64,000 bases of DNA from positions 46,395-110,394 of the forward strand of contig CAYWTR010000004.1 of assembly GCA_964461255.1 (NCBI GenBank), in the 5' to 3' direction. The notes under the pieces were generated by a model, which was not told the origin of the DNA, searched no databases, and was given only the letters and a program-made list of their open reading frames with translations. Shown here in pieces: positions 54,865-63,458 of this stretch. The position numbers were made by a program, and so were the translations under genes. This DNA is from an uncultured Fibrobacteraceae bacterium (GTDB taxonomy: Bacteria > Krumholzibacteriota > Krumholzibacteriia > LZORAL124-64-63). Each line of letters begins with the position of its first letter. Position 1 is the first letter of the stretch.

Positions 54865-56247
54865 CCTCGGCTGGCCCGGCGTGCGGCGAACGTCCCCGGC
54901 GCTCACGCCGGCATGGTGCTCCGGCCGGGCGGTGGCTGCGGGCCAGGCATGCTCGTTCTCGTGGCGGAATCGATGGCAGGAAGAGCAGAGCGTGATCAGG
55001 TTGTCCAGATCGTTACCGCCTCCCAGTGCGCGCGGCCGCAGATGATGCACCTCGAGAAACCGCGTGTGCGCACAGCCCGGAGCCCGGCAGCGGTAGCCAT
55101 CTCTCGCCAGGACGCGCCGTCGCACTGCCGGAGGGATGACCTGGCGTCGTTGTCCGGCGCGATTCTCCCGCACCGCGTCGCACTCGACCGCCGCCGCCGT
55201 CGCGCCGGCCAGCGCACGCGGTCCCAACGTGGTCGCGACGGCAGAGCCGCCGCAGCGGTCGCACCTCTGCACGACGATCTGGTAGGGTGCCCGGCCGGCA
55301 TGACGGCGGGCGCGGCCGGTATCATCGTCGCCGCCCGCGCGCCGCTCTCCGCCGCCGAGCACGCCGTCATCGTCGTCGTCGCCGCCCGCGCGCCGCTCTC
55401 CGCCGCCGAGCACGCCGTCGTCGTCGTCATCCGCCCGGCTGTCGCGTGGCGGCGCGGCAGCCGATAGAGCCTCGAGCGCCGCCAGGATCAGTTCTTCGCG
55501 GCCATGTCCGGGCGGCACCAGTCTGGCGCGTCGCACCTGCTCGACCAGGGCCTCGTAGCGCGCGCGCTGCAACGGCGAAAACTGCAAGTGGACGCCGCAC
55601 ACGGTCTCGCCGGCGGGCGGTGCGGCCATGGCGGCATCGCTTGCCGGCAGGGGAAGCTGCGGCGCGGCCAGCTCTGCCGCACGGGTCAGCTTGCCGCTGC
55701 GGCGCCGCGCCGGGCCGCGAATTGCCGCGATTCGCCGCTCCAGCTCGGCGCGGCTGGTGTTTTGGGCCGCATGCAGCCAGCTCTCTTGCGTGTCCGGTGT
55801 GGCGACCTTGACCAGCTCGCGCGCCTTGGTCCAGGACAAGCCTCCTGCGGCGACGGCGTGCCGCAGACGCGGCAGACGGGCCAGTGCGGCGGCCAACCTG
55901 AGATACTGCGAGGTCCGCGCAGGCGAGAAGCCGAGCGCTGAGGCCGCGTACTGGTGGATGGTGGCGTGACCCAGCTCGCGGTAGAGCCGGCGGCGGCTGA
56001 TCTCGTCGAACCACAAGACGGAACAGCGTTCGGCCTGGCGCATGGCGCCGAGAGCGCACATCAGCGCGCGGTGAGCCTCCTGAGCGGAGCATCCCTTCCT
56101 GAACGCCGGCGGCGTGCTGTTCCGGTTCCCCCCGTCGGCAGGACCGATTTCCCGGGCCCGGGCGGCTGCGGTCTTGGCTGGCATTGAGGTGAACACCTCC
56201 ATGGGCCACGCACGGTGGCCGGCCGAAGTTTGGAGCCAGCGTTTCAT
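54772..56247 (-). CDS. HNH endonuclease domain protein (DUF222-like N-region plus C-terminal HNH), paralogue 2, inverted relative to paralogue 1
   Basis: HNH motif CRAPGCAHTRFLEVHHLRPRALGGGNDLDNLITLCSSCHRFRHE. Conserved blocks shared with the 8351 gene (LYRELGH...IHQYAA.ALGFS.A.TS.Y..LA.A.ARLP.LR..VAAG.L.WTKAR...VATP; YQI..Q.C..C; AVECDA). The start is among three in-frame ATGs (56247, 56202, 56184). Confidence 0.65.
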   Translation of the reverse strand: MKRWLQTSAGHRAWPMEVFTSMPAKTAAARAREIGPADGGNRNSTPPAFRKGCSAQEAHRALMCALGAMRQAERCSVLWFDEISRRRLYRELGHATIHQYAASALGFSPARTSQYLRLAAALARLPRLRHAVAAGGLSWTKARELVKVATPDTQESWLHAAQNTSRAELERRIAAIRGPARRRSGKLTRAAELAAPQLPLPASDAAMAAPPAGETVCGVHLQFSPLQRARYEALVEQVRRARLVPPGHGREELILAALEALSAAAPPRDSRADDDDDGVLGGGERRAGGDDDDDGVLGGGERRAGGDDDTGRARRHAGRAPYQIVVQRCDRCGGSAVATTLGPRALAGATAAAVECDAVRENRAGQRRQVIPPAVRRRVLARDGYRCRAPGCAHTRFLEVHHLRPRALGGGNDLDNLITLCSSCHRFRHENEHAWPAATARPEHHAGVSAGDVRRTPGQPRSAQKEHGAPRHRDQGAQQARGGGTVAIDDP

Positions 56248-56268
56248 TGCGTAGCGGAGAAAGACGAA

Positions 56269-56297
56269 AATATAGCGAAAATTAAAGGCCGGCGCAA
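56269..56297 (-). promoter_or_regulatory. Sigma70-type promoter (-35 TTGCGC, 17-bp spacer, -10 TATATT) of HNH paralogue 2
   Basis: Same architecture and nearly the same sequence as the promoter at 8270-8298; the 26-nt block containing the -10 (ttcgctatattttcgtct(t)tctccg) is 24/26 identical. Confidence 0.5.
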
Positions 56298-56321
56298 GTG
56301 GAAATCTGTTCTTCCCTGCAT

Positions 56322-56337
56322 TTTTACCCGGGTAAAA
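56322..56337. promoter_or_regulatory. Perfect 16-bp palindrome TTTTACCCGGGTAAAA upstream of HNH paralogue 2 (candidate operator)
   Basis: Exact self-complementarity. Shares the ACC(C)GGGT core with the palindrome at 8225-8239. Confidence 0.45.
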
Positions 56338-56597
56338 CTATAAGTCGTTTATTATTAAGTATTTAAATGTTTCTAGCAACACGCCAGCCATGGCTGGTCA
56401 GCCGGTCGTCGCGCCCACGAGACAACTCCGCACCATTCCGCCCTTCCCGGAACGTTCCACAGAGCCGATCCCCACCTTGCCCTCGCCGCGCCCGCCGCCC
56501 GTCGCCCGGCCCGTCGCCTAGCCCGCCGCCCGCCGCCTGCCGCCCCCCCCGGCGCCCATGGGCCGGCCGGCCGCCCTCGGGACGGCCCGAAGGCCGC

Positions 56598-57263
56598 CTA
56601 TCCTCCTTCAGCCGGAGCGCGGTAGATCTTCACCTGCCTGTAGAGCTTGATCCGCAGGCGGCCGCCCCTGATGTCGGTCTGCAGGCGCGCAAGGCAGCCG
56701 AGCAGATCCGACATCTGTTCCTCGATCATGGCCAGCCGCGACCTCGCCGCCTGGATTGCGTCACCGTCTGCCACGCCGCCGTCATGCGACGCCAGCGCCT
56801 CTCTGGCATGGTGGGCCTTGAGCGCCAGAACTGTCAGGCGGTCGACGATGCTGCCGGGCGATTCCGAGTGCAGCGGCGCTGTCTCGTCCATCATCCCGGA
56901 GGAAGCGAGCGAATCGCGGATCAGCGTGTCGAACGTCTCCACAGCGGCGACCCGCCGCGCGTTGGAGGCGTCGATCGAGCGCTTCGTGGCTGCCAGCGTG
57001 GCGTCGTCGGCGCCCGGATCGCGGCTGCGGTCCTCTTCGTGCCACTGGAACGTGTTGATGAGCTGGATGCGCTCCACCAGGCCGGCCCATCCGGCATGGC
57101 GCGGGGTCAAGAGCCGTTCCGCCGCTTCCCAATCGCCGCAGGCCGCCTCGTGCCGATGCCAGCGATCGATGACCTCTTGCAGGATCGCCGCCAGCAGCGG
57201 CCCTTCCGGCCACCCGCCCGGCGTGGAAACATCTTCGAAGGATTGCGACATGCCCTCAACCAT
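56598..57263 (-). CDS. DUF4254-family protein
   Basis: FQWHEEDRSRDP, KRSIDASNARR, IVDRLTVLALKAHH and a C-terminal KLYRQVKIYR match the conserved blocks of DUF4254 as remembered. Only the C-terminal 221 codons of the 369-aa ORF have non-biased composition. Confidence 0.5.
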   Translation of the reverse strand: MVEGMSQSFEDVSTPGGWPEGPLLAAILQEVIDRWHRHEAACGDWEAAERLLTPRHAGWAGLVERIQLINTFQWHEEDRSRDPGADDATLAATKRSIDASNARRVAAVETFDTLIRDSLASSGMMDETAPLHSESPGSIVDRLTVLALKAHHAREALASHDGGVADGDAIQAARSRLAMIEEQMSDLLGCLARLQTDIRGGRLRIKLYRQVKIYRAPAEGG

Positions 57264-57290
57264 CTCCAGCCGAACCCCTGCCCTGGGCTG

Positions 57291-57343
57291 CAGCATGCGG
57301 TCCGCAGCATGCGGCCCGCAGCATAGCGGGCCGCAGCAACGGT
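57291..57343 (+). repeat. Tandem direct repeat (GCAGCATGCGGNCC)x~4
   Basis: gcagcatgcggtcc gcagcatgcggccc gcagcatagcgggcc gcagcaacgg. Confidence 0.5.
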
Positions 57344-57685
57344 CGCCCGCAGTCCCCATCCGCCAATCGCAGCCCCGATCGGTCGCCCTCAATCCCTGAC
57401 GACCGCCCACAGCGCCCGATGGCCCACCACGCCGGCGTCCTATGCCGTCGCGGCAGCTTACGCCACGCCCCGAGCGGCGGCAAGCCATGGCCGCCGTCGT
57501 AGCCGCCGCCGTAGCCGCCGCCCTGGCCTGCGCTCGTGGCGGCCCAGGCCACGCGGGACTTTGGCGTGCGGGCGGCATATATTGTCGGCATGCGCGAATC
57601 CTGTGCCCTGATCTTCCGCTCGCGTCGCCGCAGATCGCCCGTGCGCGAGGCTTCCCACAAGGTGCGGCCGGCGGCGTCCGCGCGC

Positions 57686-59185
57686 ATGTCCCCCGGCGCG
57701 AGCACAACAGGCGACGTCATCGCCGACCGCCCTGGCGGTACTGTCCGTCCAGTCCGGTACCTTCGCCGCGTCCGCCCCGCCGTTCGCATCCGCTCCGTCC
57801 GCCCCGTCCGCCGCGTCCTCCCTGATCGCCCCGTCCTCACCGCCCTGCGCTCCCTCATCGCCGCCATCGGCCTCCTGCTCCTGGCGCCGTTGCCCTGCGC
57901 GCACGCGGCACCACCGGTCGCGCTGCACGCCGCGGTCGGCGACACGCTCGATGCCCGCGAAGCAGCACGGTTCGGCCTCTTCCTCGATGTCGCCGGATTC
58001 CAGCGCGCCGTGTTCGCGCCCGCTCCGTGGGGAGGCTTCCTGGCTCGCATCTGGGCGGACGACATGCTGGACGGGTGGCGCGAGCGCAATGTCCCCTCCG
58101 CGGACTGGCATGCCTGGCGGCAGCGCGTCGAAGCGATCCTCGAAGGGAAGATGCCACCGCCCGCGCCCGGTCCGGCCCCCGCGCCCATGATGGCAACGCC
58201 ACCGCCTCCGCCGGCCGGGGCGCCTCTGGACATTCTGGCGCAGACAGCAGCGCGTGTCGCCTCATCGGACAGCGCCCGGCCGCCGCTCGAGCCGCCGCTC
58301 GATCAGCCACCCGTCGAAGCGCCGCCCGTCGATCCGCCGCCCGTCGAAGCGCCACCCGCCGAGCCGCCGCTCGAGCCGCCACCGCTCGATCAGCCACCCG
58401 TCGAAGCGCCGCCCGTCGAAACGCCACCCGCCGAACCGACGCCCGCCGATCCGCCGCCGGCGGTCTCCACCCGGCCCGCCGGCCGCCCGTTGGTCTGGCC
58501 GGAAGCGCCCCTGCCGCCCCGGCTGGCGAGGCAACCCGCGCCGGCCGGGGCGGAGGGCGACACATCGGCCGGTGCGCATCGCACGGCTGCTGCCGTGCCG
58601 TATCCGCCTCTGCCGGGGCGATGGCTCTTCGGCCTGGGGGCGGGCTACCGGCACGTGCTGACCGAGTACGGCGACTTCTTCACGGACATGGGCATGTTCG
58701 AGTTGAGCGTCCAGCGGCCGGTCTCGACGCGCCTGACGCCCTATTTCGCCTTCCAAATCGGCTTCGGTGACATCGCCAACGACTTCGAGGCGGTCACCGC
58801 GGACGGTCACAGCGCTGTCTACGCGCTCGAATCGGGAGTGCTCCTGAGGGCGCCGTCGGGGATGCGCAGCGCGCTGTACGGCGGCCTGGCGGGGGGATAC
58901 TACATGCGCTCCTTGCGCTGGGGCGGCGAGGCCATCCCTATCTATTACGATTACCCGGGATACGGCACCATCGTGTACGAACTGAAGAATTGGGGTTGGG
59001 CGGCCAAGCTCGGCTGGCAGCGCCAGCTGCGCACGGACGGGGGCAAGCCGCGGCTGGTCGACATCCAGCTCAGATACGAGGTTTATGGCGACAACGAGCT
59101 GTATTTCGATCAGGAGAGGATGTTCTACGCCTCGGGGCGCGATCGCTGGATCGCCCTTTCTATAACCTTGCTCTCCGGCCTATGA
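57686..59185 (+). CDS. Secreted protein with Pro-rich tandem repeats (PPVEAPPV/PPAEPPLEPPP) and C-terminal beta-rich (possibly outer-membrane barrel) domain
   Basis: Signal-like hydrophobic segment (LIAAIGLLLLAPLPCAHA). ~70-nt DNA repeat unit encodes the Pro-rich repeats. The C-terminal 170 aa have alternating aromatic/hydrophobic residues. The start is uncertain. Confidence 0.4.
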   Translation: MSPGASTTGDVIADRPGGTVRPVRYLRRVRPAVRIRSVRPVRRVLPDRPVLTALRSLIAAIGLLLLAPLPCAHAAPPVALHAAVGDTLDAREAARFGLFLDVAGFQRAVFAPAPWGGFLARIWADDMLDGWRERNVPSADWHAWRQRVEAILEGKMPPPAPGPAPAPMMATPPPPPAGAPLDILAQTAARVASSDSARPPLEPPLDQPPVEAPPVDPPPVEAPPAEPPLEPPPLDQPPVEAPPVETPPAEPTPADPPPAVSTRPAGRPLVWPEAPLPPRLARQPAPAGAEGDTSAGAHRTAAAVPYPPLPGRWLFGLGAGYRHVLTEYGDFFTDMGMFELSVQRPVSTRLTPYFAFQIGFGDIANDFEAVTADGHSAVYALESGVLLRAPSGMRSALYGGLAGGYYMRSLRWGGEAIPIYYDYPGYGTIVYELKNWGWAAKLGWQRQLRTDGGKPRLVDIQLRYEVYGDNELYFDQERMFYASGRDRWIALSITLLSGL

Positions 59186-59254
59186 TGCGGCGCACGGGGT
59201 CCGCGGATGCCGTGGCCCGGCGTCGTTCGCCCTTTCCGTGAGGGGTGTGCCCGC

Positions 59255-59950
59255 ATGCCGATGCCCCTTGACGATCGCTCCGACGGCGAGGTCGTTTTCC
59301 TGCAGGCGCACCTGGGCGGCGATCGCAATTTCAGCTATCTGCTCGGTGACAGGAGCTCGGGGGAGGGGGCGGCGGTCGATCCCGGTTTCGCGCCGCAGCG
59401 GCTGGCCGGCCTGGCGGTCGAGCACGGTCTGACGTTGCGGCACATCCTGCTGACGCACGGCCATCCGGATCATTCCGGCGGCGCGTCCGAGCTGGCGCGG
59501 CTGACCGGCGCCGTGATGCATGCCGGCCAGGCGGCGCGCGTGCCGGGCGCCATGCCGATCGAGGAAGGGCATGTCTTCTTTCTCGGCGACCGCCGCGTGC
59601 TTTGCTTCATCACGCCTGGGCACGCCCCCGGGCATGTTTGTTTCCTGTTCGAGGGCAAGCTGCTGACGGGCGATCTCCTTTTCTGCGGGAAGGTCGGCGG
59701 CACCGGCATGCACTTTCCCGGTTCCTCGGCGCGGCAGCAGTGGGATTCCCTGCGCCGCCTCATGACGCTGCCCGGCGAAACGCTGGTCTTCCCTGGACAC
59801 GACTACTACGGTGGAGAGGGGAGCCGACCGCACTCGACCATCGGCTGGGAGCGCGAGCACAACCCGTTTCTGCTCAGCCCCGATTTCGAGTCCTTCTGCG
59901 CCCTCAAGGACAACTGGGCGCAGTACAAGAAGGAGCATGGCATCCGGTGA
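59255..59950 (+). CDS. MBL-fold metallo-hydrolase (glyoxalase II/GloB-like)
   Basis: THGHPDHSGG (HxHxDH) motif plus downstream His/Asp ligands (GHAPGH, GD). Confidence 0.75.
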   Translation: MPMPLDDRSDGEVVFLQAHLGGDRNFSYLLGDRSSGEGAAVDPGFAPQRLAGLAVEHGLTLRHILLTHGHPDHSGGASELARLTGAVMHAGQAARVPGAMPIEEGHVFFLGDRRVLCFITPGHAPGHVCFLFEGKLLTGDLLFCGKVGGTGMHFPGSSARQQWDSLRRLMTLPGETLVFPGHDYYGGEGSRPHSTIGWEREHNPFLLSPDFESFCALKDNWAQYKKEHGIR

Positions 59951-60075
59951 TCTTCCGCCGCAGGCAGAGCAAGCCCGGCCCGCCGGCTCCGTCCAGGCCG
60001 CTCGCGCCGGAGGGTCGAACAGCGCCGGTTGGCCGCACCTCGCGGCGCGAGGACACCGCGCCGGAGGACCGCAGC

Positions 60076-63009
60076 GTGCCGGCGGTCTCTTCCCGGCGCG
60101 GCCTCGGCGGGCCCGTGCAGGCCGCGTCGGCGCAGACGCGTCAGGCCCCGCGCCGGCAGCGTCAGACATCGCCGCTGAATCAGCCGGCATGGCGCCTCGG
60201 CCTCGCCGTCGCCGCCGGCTGCGCGCTGGCCTGCCTGCTCCACCAGATCGCGGGGCCCGGACGCGCGACGGCTGTCTGGTTTGCCCTGGCGCCGGCCGCG
60301 TTCGCCTGGGTCTCCGCGATCCGCCTGCTTCTGCTCGACACGCGCTGGCGCCGTTTCTGGATCATCTGGCTCATGGCGGGCCTGGCCTTGATCCCCGCCA
60401 CCGGCGGCAGCGACGGCGGCTGGGGCGGGGCGGCGGCCTTCTCCGTGGTCTTCTTGCTGCTGCGACGCTACAAGCCTTACCGGCATCTGACGTCGGCGCG
60501 CCGCGCCAAACTGTTCGCGCTCGGTCTGGTCGCGCTCGCCTGCCTCGGCATCGGCTGGGAGATCGCCGCGGCGGGCGCCCCCGGGGCCGCGCCGAGGTTG
60601 GCCTCCGGTCTGCTGCGCTATCTCCTGCTTTCCCTCCAGCTGTTCTGGGTCGTATCCGCCTGGCATCTGATCTTCGGCATGCGGCTGCACTTCATGCGCC
60701 TCAAGCCGAAGCTGGCCACGAGCGCCGTGTTCCTGGCGCTCCTGCCCCTGTTGCTGATCGTGCTGCTGTGGATCGTGGTCCTGTTCAGCGCCCTGGGCGC
60801 CAGCCGCGCCAACAGCGCGCGCGTGATCCTGTCGGACTGGGCCGAGCTGGCGGCGCGGGACGAGACCGCGGCTCGCGTGATCTTCGCCGCCGGCTTCCGC
60901 GCGACAGCCGCCGGCGCCGCGGCGACGGGCATGACCGCCGGGGCCACCGAGGCGGAGGTCCCACAGTGGTGGCCGCGCTTGGCCGCCGCTCTCGAGGCAG
61001 CCGGCGGCGGAGCTGCCCCTGCGGCCGGCGGTGGAGCTGCCCCTGGGTCCGGCGATCCTCCCCGTCCCGCGGATGACGCCATCGCCGCCGCGGCGGGCGC
61101 CGCCGCCGCCGACACACCGAGCGCCCGCGCCGCGTCGGCCGCCCGCTCCCTCTGGGCCCCCGTCGACACGGTCGGCTTTTTCGCCGCCGCCGATCAACTT
61201 TGGGTGCTCGCGCTGCGGGGGATCGGCACGCCGGCCTGGTCGGTCTCGGGATTCCGGGTGGACCAGCGCGCGCTCGACCATCTGGCCGGCATCGTGCGGG
61301 CCCAGGTGCGCATCTACAACGATCTCGAAAGCGATAACCGGCCGGACGGCGGCGACGCCGGCGGCGCGAGCGCCAACACCGCCGGCGCCGCGCGCGCCGA
61401 TACCGCCGGCGGCGCCGGCGCAGGCGTCCCTCGCGCCAGACGCGAAGGCGTCGTGACATTCACGATAGGGGGTTCCTCCCCCGCGGGCGGCGCCGAGAGC
61501 GGCCGCTCCGATCGCCCGGCTCTGCGCCTGCGCAGCACGCCGCCGCCGCAGGCGGGCGAACAGGGCGCTTCTTCTGAGAGCTTCTGGTCGCGGCAGCTTG
61601 GCTTCGGCGCCGCGCTCCTGAATGTGATTGCCCTGACGCCGCAGGGTTTGACGCGCGACCAGGCCCTGCTGCATCTGCTGGTCAGCCCCGAGGGGCTGAC
61701 ACGCGAGTTCCGCGGCCGGGAGAACGAATTCAACCGCGGCCTGGTCATCGCCCTGGCGGTGCTGGCAGGACTTCTGCTGGTGATCGAGGCGTTCGCCGTC
61801 TTCCTGGGCGTGCGCATCGTCGGGGGCATCACCTCGGCGGTCAAGACCCTGCACCTGGGAACCACGCGGCTGGCGCGGGGAGATCTCGACACCCGCATCG
61901 AGGTGCCCAACGAGGACGAGTTCGGCGACCTGGCCGACTCGTTCAACGAGATGACCGAGGCGGTCAAGCGCGGCCGCGACGAGGCCATCGCCCGCGAACA
62001 GCTCGAGCGCGAACTGCGCACGGCGCGGGAAATCCAGGAAGCGCTGCTGCCGCACCGCATGCCCGAGATGCCAGGCTTCGAGATCAGCGGCACCAGCGTG
62101 CCCAGCCTGCAGGTCGGCGGCGACTATTTCGACTTCCTGGACCTGGGACAGGAGCGGCTGGGCATCGCCATCGGCGACGTTTCGGGCAAGGGCATCCCGG
62201 CCGCGCTGCTGATGGCCAACCTGCAGGCCTGTCTGCAGGGGCAGGTGATCCACCCCAGCGGCGTGGCCGAGATCGTGGCGCGCATCAACGATCTGCTGGT
62301 CCGCTCGACCGACGCCAGCCGGTTCGCCTCCTTCTTCTATGGCGTGCTCGACCGCGGCACCGGCACGTTCACCTTCACGAACGCCGGCCACAACCCTCCC
62401 GTCCTGCTGCGCGCCAGCGGCGGCGCGCATCGGCTGGAAGCGGGCGGTCTGCTGCTGGGGCTTCTGCCGGGGCAGGTCTACGCGCAGGAAACCGTGTCGC
62501 TGGGGCCGGGAGATGTCATCGTGCTCTACACCGACGGCATCACCGAGGCGATCGGGCCGGAGGTGCAAGGCGAGGGGGCGGCCGAGGGCGCGGCGGCGGC
62601 GGATCCCCTTGCCGCCGGGCCGGCAGCCGCGGGAGCCGGGCGGGCCGCCGGCGCCGCCGTCGGGAACCAGGTCGAGCCGGACGAGGAAGACGACGAAGAC
62701 GAAGAGGATGAGGACGAAGGCGCCGGCGCCAATTTTTTCGGCGAGCAGCGCCTGCTGGCGACGGTGCAGGCATGCGGAGGCCTGAGCGCGGTCGAGATCC
62801 AGGCCGCCGTCCTGCAGGCGGTGGCCAGGCACACCGCGGGCATTCCCCAGTCGGACGACATCACGCTGGTCGTGATCAAGCGGCTTTCGTCCGCGCAGAC
62901 CACGCAAGCGAGGGCGCTGCCGGCCGCCGTGCCGCAGGACCATCTCGCCGCCGATCCCGCCGCAGGGCAGCCCCCCCCCGCGGTCGATCCCGGGGCGCTT
63001 TCCTCCTGA
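60076..63009 (+). CDS. Membrane sensor serine/threonine phosphatase: N-terminal 6-TM region, extracytoplasmic/linker region, HAMP domain, PP2C (SpoIIE/RsbU-type) phosphatase domain
   Basis: HAMP (VFLGVRIVGGITSAVKTLHLGTTRLARGDLDTRI...FNEMTEAV). PP2C motifs GDYFDF, GDVSGKG, FTFTNAGHNPP, LYTDGITEA, DDITLVV. An acidic DE-rich insertion sits inside the PP2C domain. GTG start at 60076 or 60115. Confidence 0.7.
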   Translation: MPAVSSRRGLGGPVQAASAQTRQAPRRQRQTSPLNQPAWRLGLAVAAGCALACLLHQIAGPGRATAVWFALAPAAFAWVSAIRLLLLDTRWRRFWIIWLMAGLALIPATGGSDGGWGGAAAFSVVFLLLRRYKPYRHLTSARRAKLFALGLVALACLGIGWEIAAAGAPGAAPRLASGLLRYLLLSLQLFWVVSAWHLIFGMRLHFMRLKPKLATSAVFLALLPLLLIVLLWIVVLFSALGASRANSARVILSDWAELAARDETAARVIFAAGFRATAAGAAATGMTAGATEAEVPQWWPRLAAALEAAGGGAAPAAGGGAAPGSGDPPRPADDAIAAAAGAAAADTPSARAASAARSLWAPVDTVGFFAAADQLWVLALRGIGTPAWSVSGFRVDQRALDHLAGIVRAQVRIYNDLESDNRPDGGDAGGASANTAGAARADTAGGAGAGVPRARREGVVTFTIGGSSPAGGAESGRSDRPALRLRSTPPPQAGEQGASSESFWSRQLGFGAALLNVIALTPQGLTRDQALLHLLVSPEGLTREFRGRENEFNRGLVIALAVLAGLLLVIEAFAVFLGVRIVGGITSAVKTLHLGTTRLARGDLDTRIEVPNEDEFGDLADSFNEMTEAVKRGRDEAIAREQLERELRTAREIQEALLPHRMPEMPGFEISGTSVPSLQVGGDYFDFLDLGQERLGIAIGDVSGKGIPAALLMANLQACLQGQVIHPSGVAEIVARINDLLVRSTDASRFASFFYGVLDRGTGTFTFTNAGHNPPVLLRASGGAHRLEAGGLLLGLLPGQVYAQETVSLGPGDVIVLYTDGITEAIGPEVQGEGAAEGAAAADPLAAGPAAAGAGRAAGAAVGNQVEPDEEDDEDEEDEDEGAGANFFGEQRLLATVQACGGLSAVEIQAAVLQAVARHTAGIPQSDDITLVVIKRLSSAQTTQARALPAAVPQDHLAADPAAGQPPPAVDPGALSS

Positions 63010-63458
63010 AACAGGAGAACAGCGGACCGGAAGCGCGACAGGGCAAGGGTGGCCCGCGCCGGCAGGATCCAACGATTAATTATATAAGAAATTATATTAC
63101 AACAACTTGCAATATCGATAACCGGACCGAATAAACCCTATAAAATCACTTGTCTTTATTCTGGCAATGAGGGACAATTTTAGTGTCGATTATCAGACCG
63201 GTCATCGCCGGTGGCGCATGCGGTGCGGGCGGGGTTTCCGCATCGACCCAGCGGCGATGAGCAGCCAGCGGAACCAGGAAGGGCCGCAGCGGCGGCCGGA
63301 CCTTTCAACCGATCGCATCAGGAGCATTCGTCCGGAGGCCGCAGGCGCGGCAGCTCGAGATGCAGGCGCCGCCGCCCAGGGGCGGCGCCGCACCGTCGAG
63401 GGCTTGCACGACGGTCCTCCTCGTCCCTGACCACGAACTCGTATGGAGGAGATCTCTC

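Noticed and set aside
56367-57399. Plus-strand ORFs 56367-57326 and 56647-57399 opposite the DUF4254 gene
   Set aside because: Pro/Ser/Arg-rich translations without motifs. The minus-strand frame carries specific DUF4254-like blocks.
63167-63430. 87-aa ORF between the PP2C sensor and the coiled-coil protein gene
   Set aside because: It starts inside the AT-rich promoter island, is Arg/Gly/Ala-rich, and has no RBS. It is more likely the 5' leader of the 63459 gene. A small regulatory peptide cannot be excluded.
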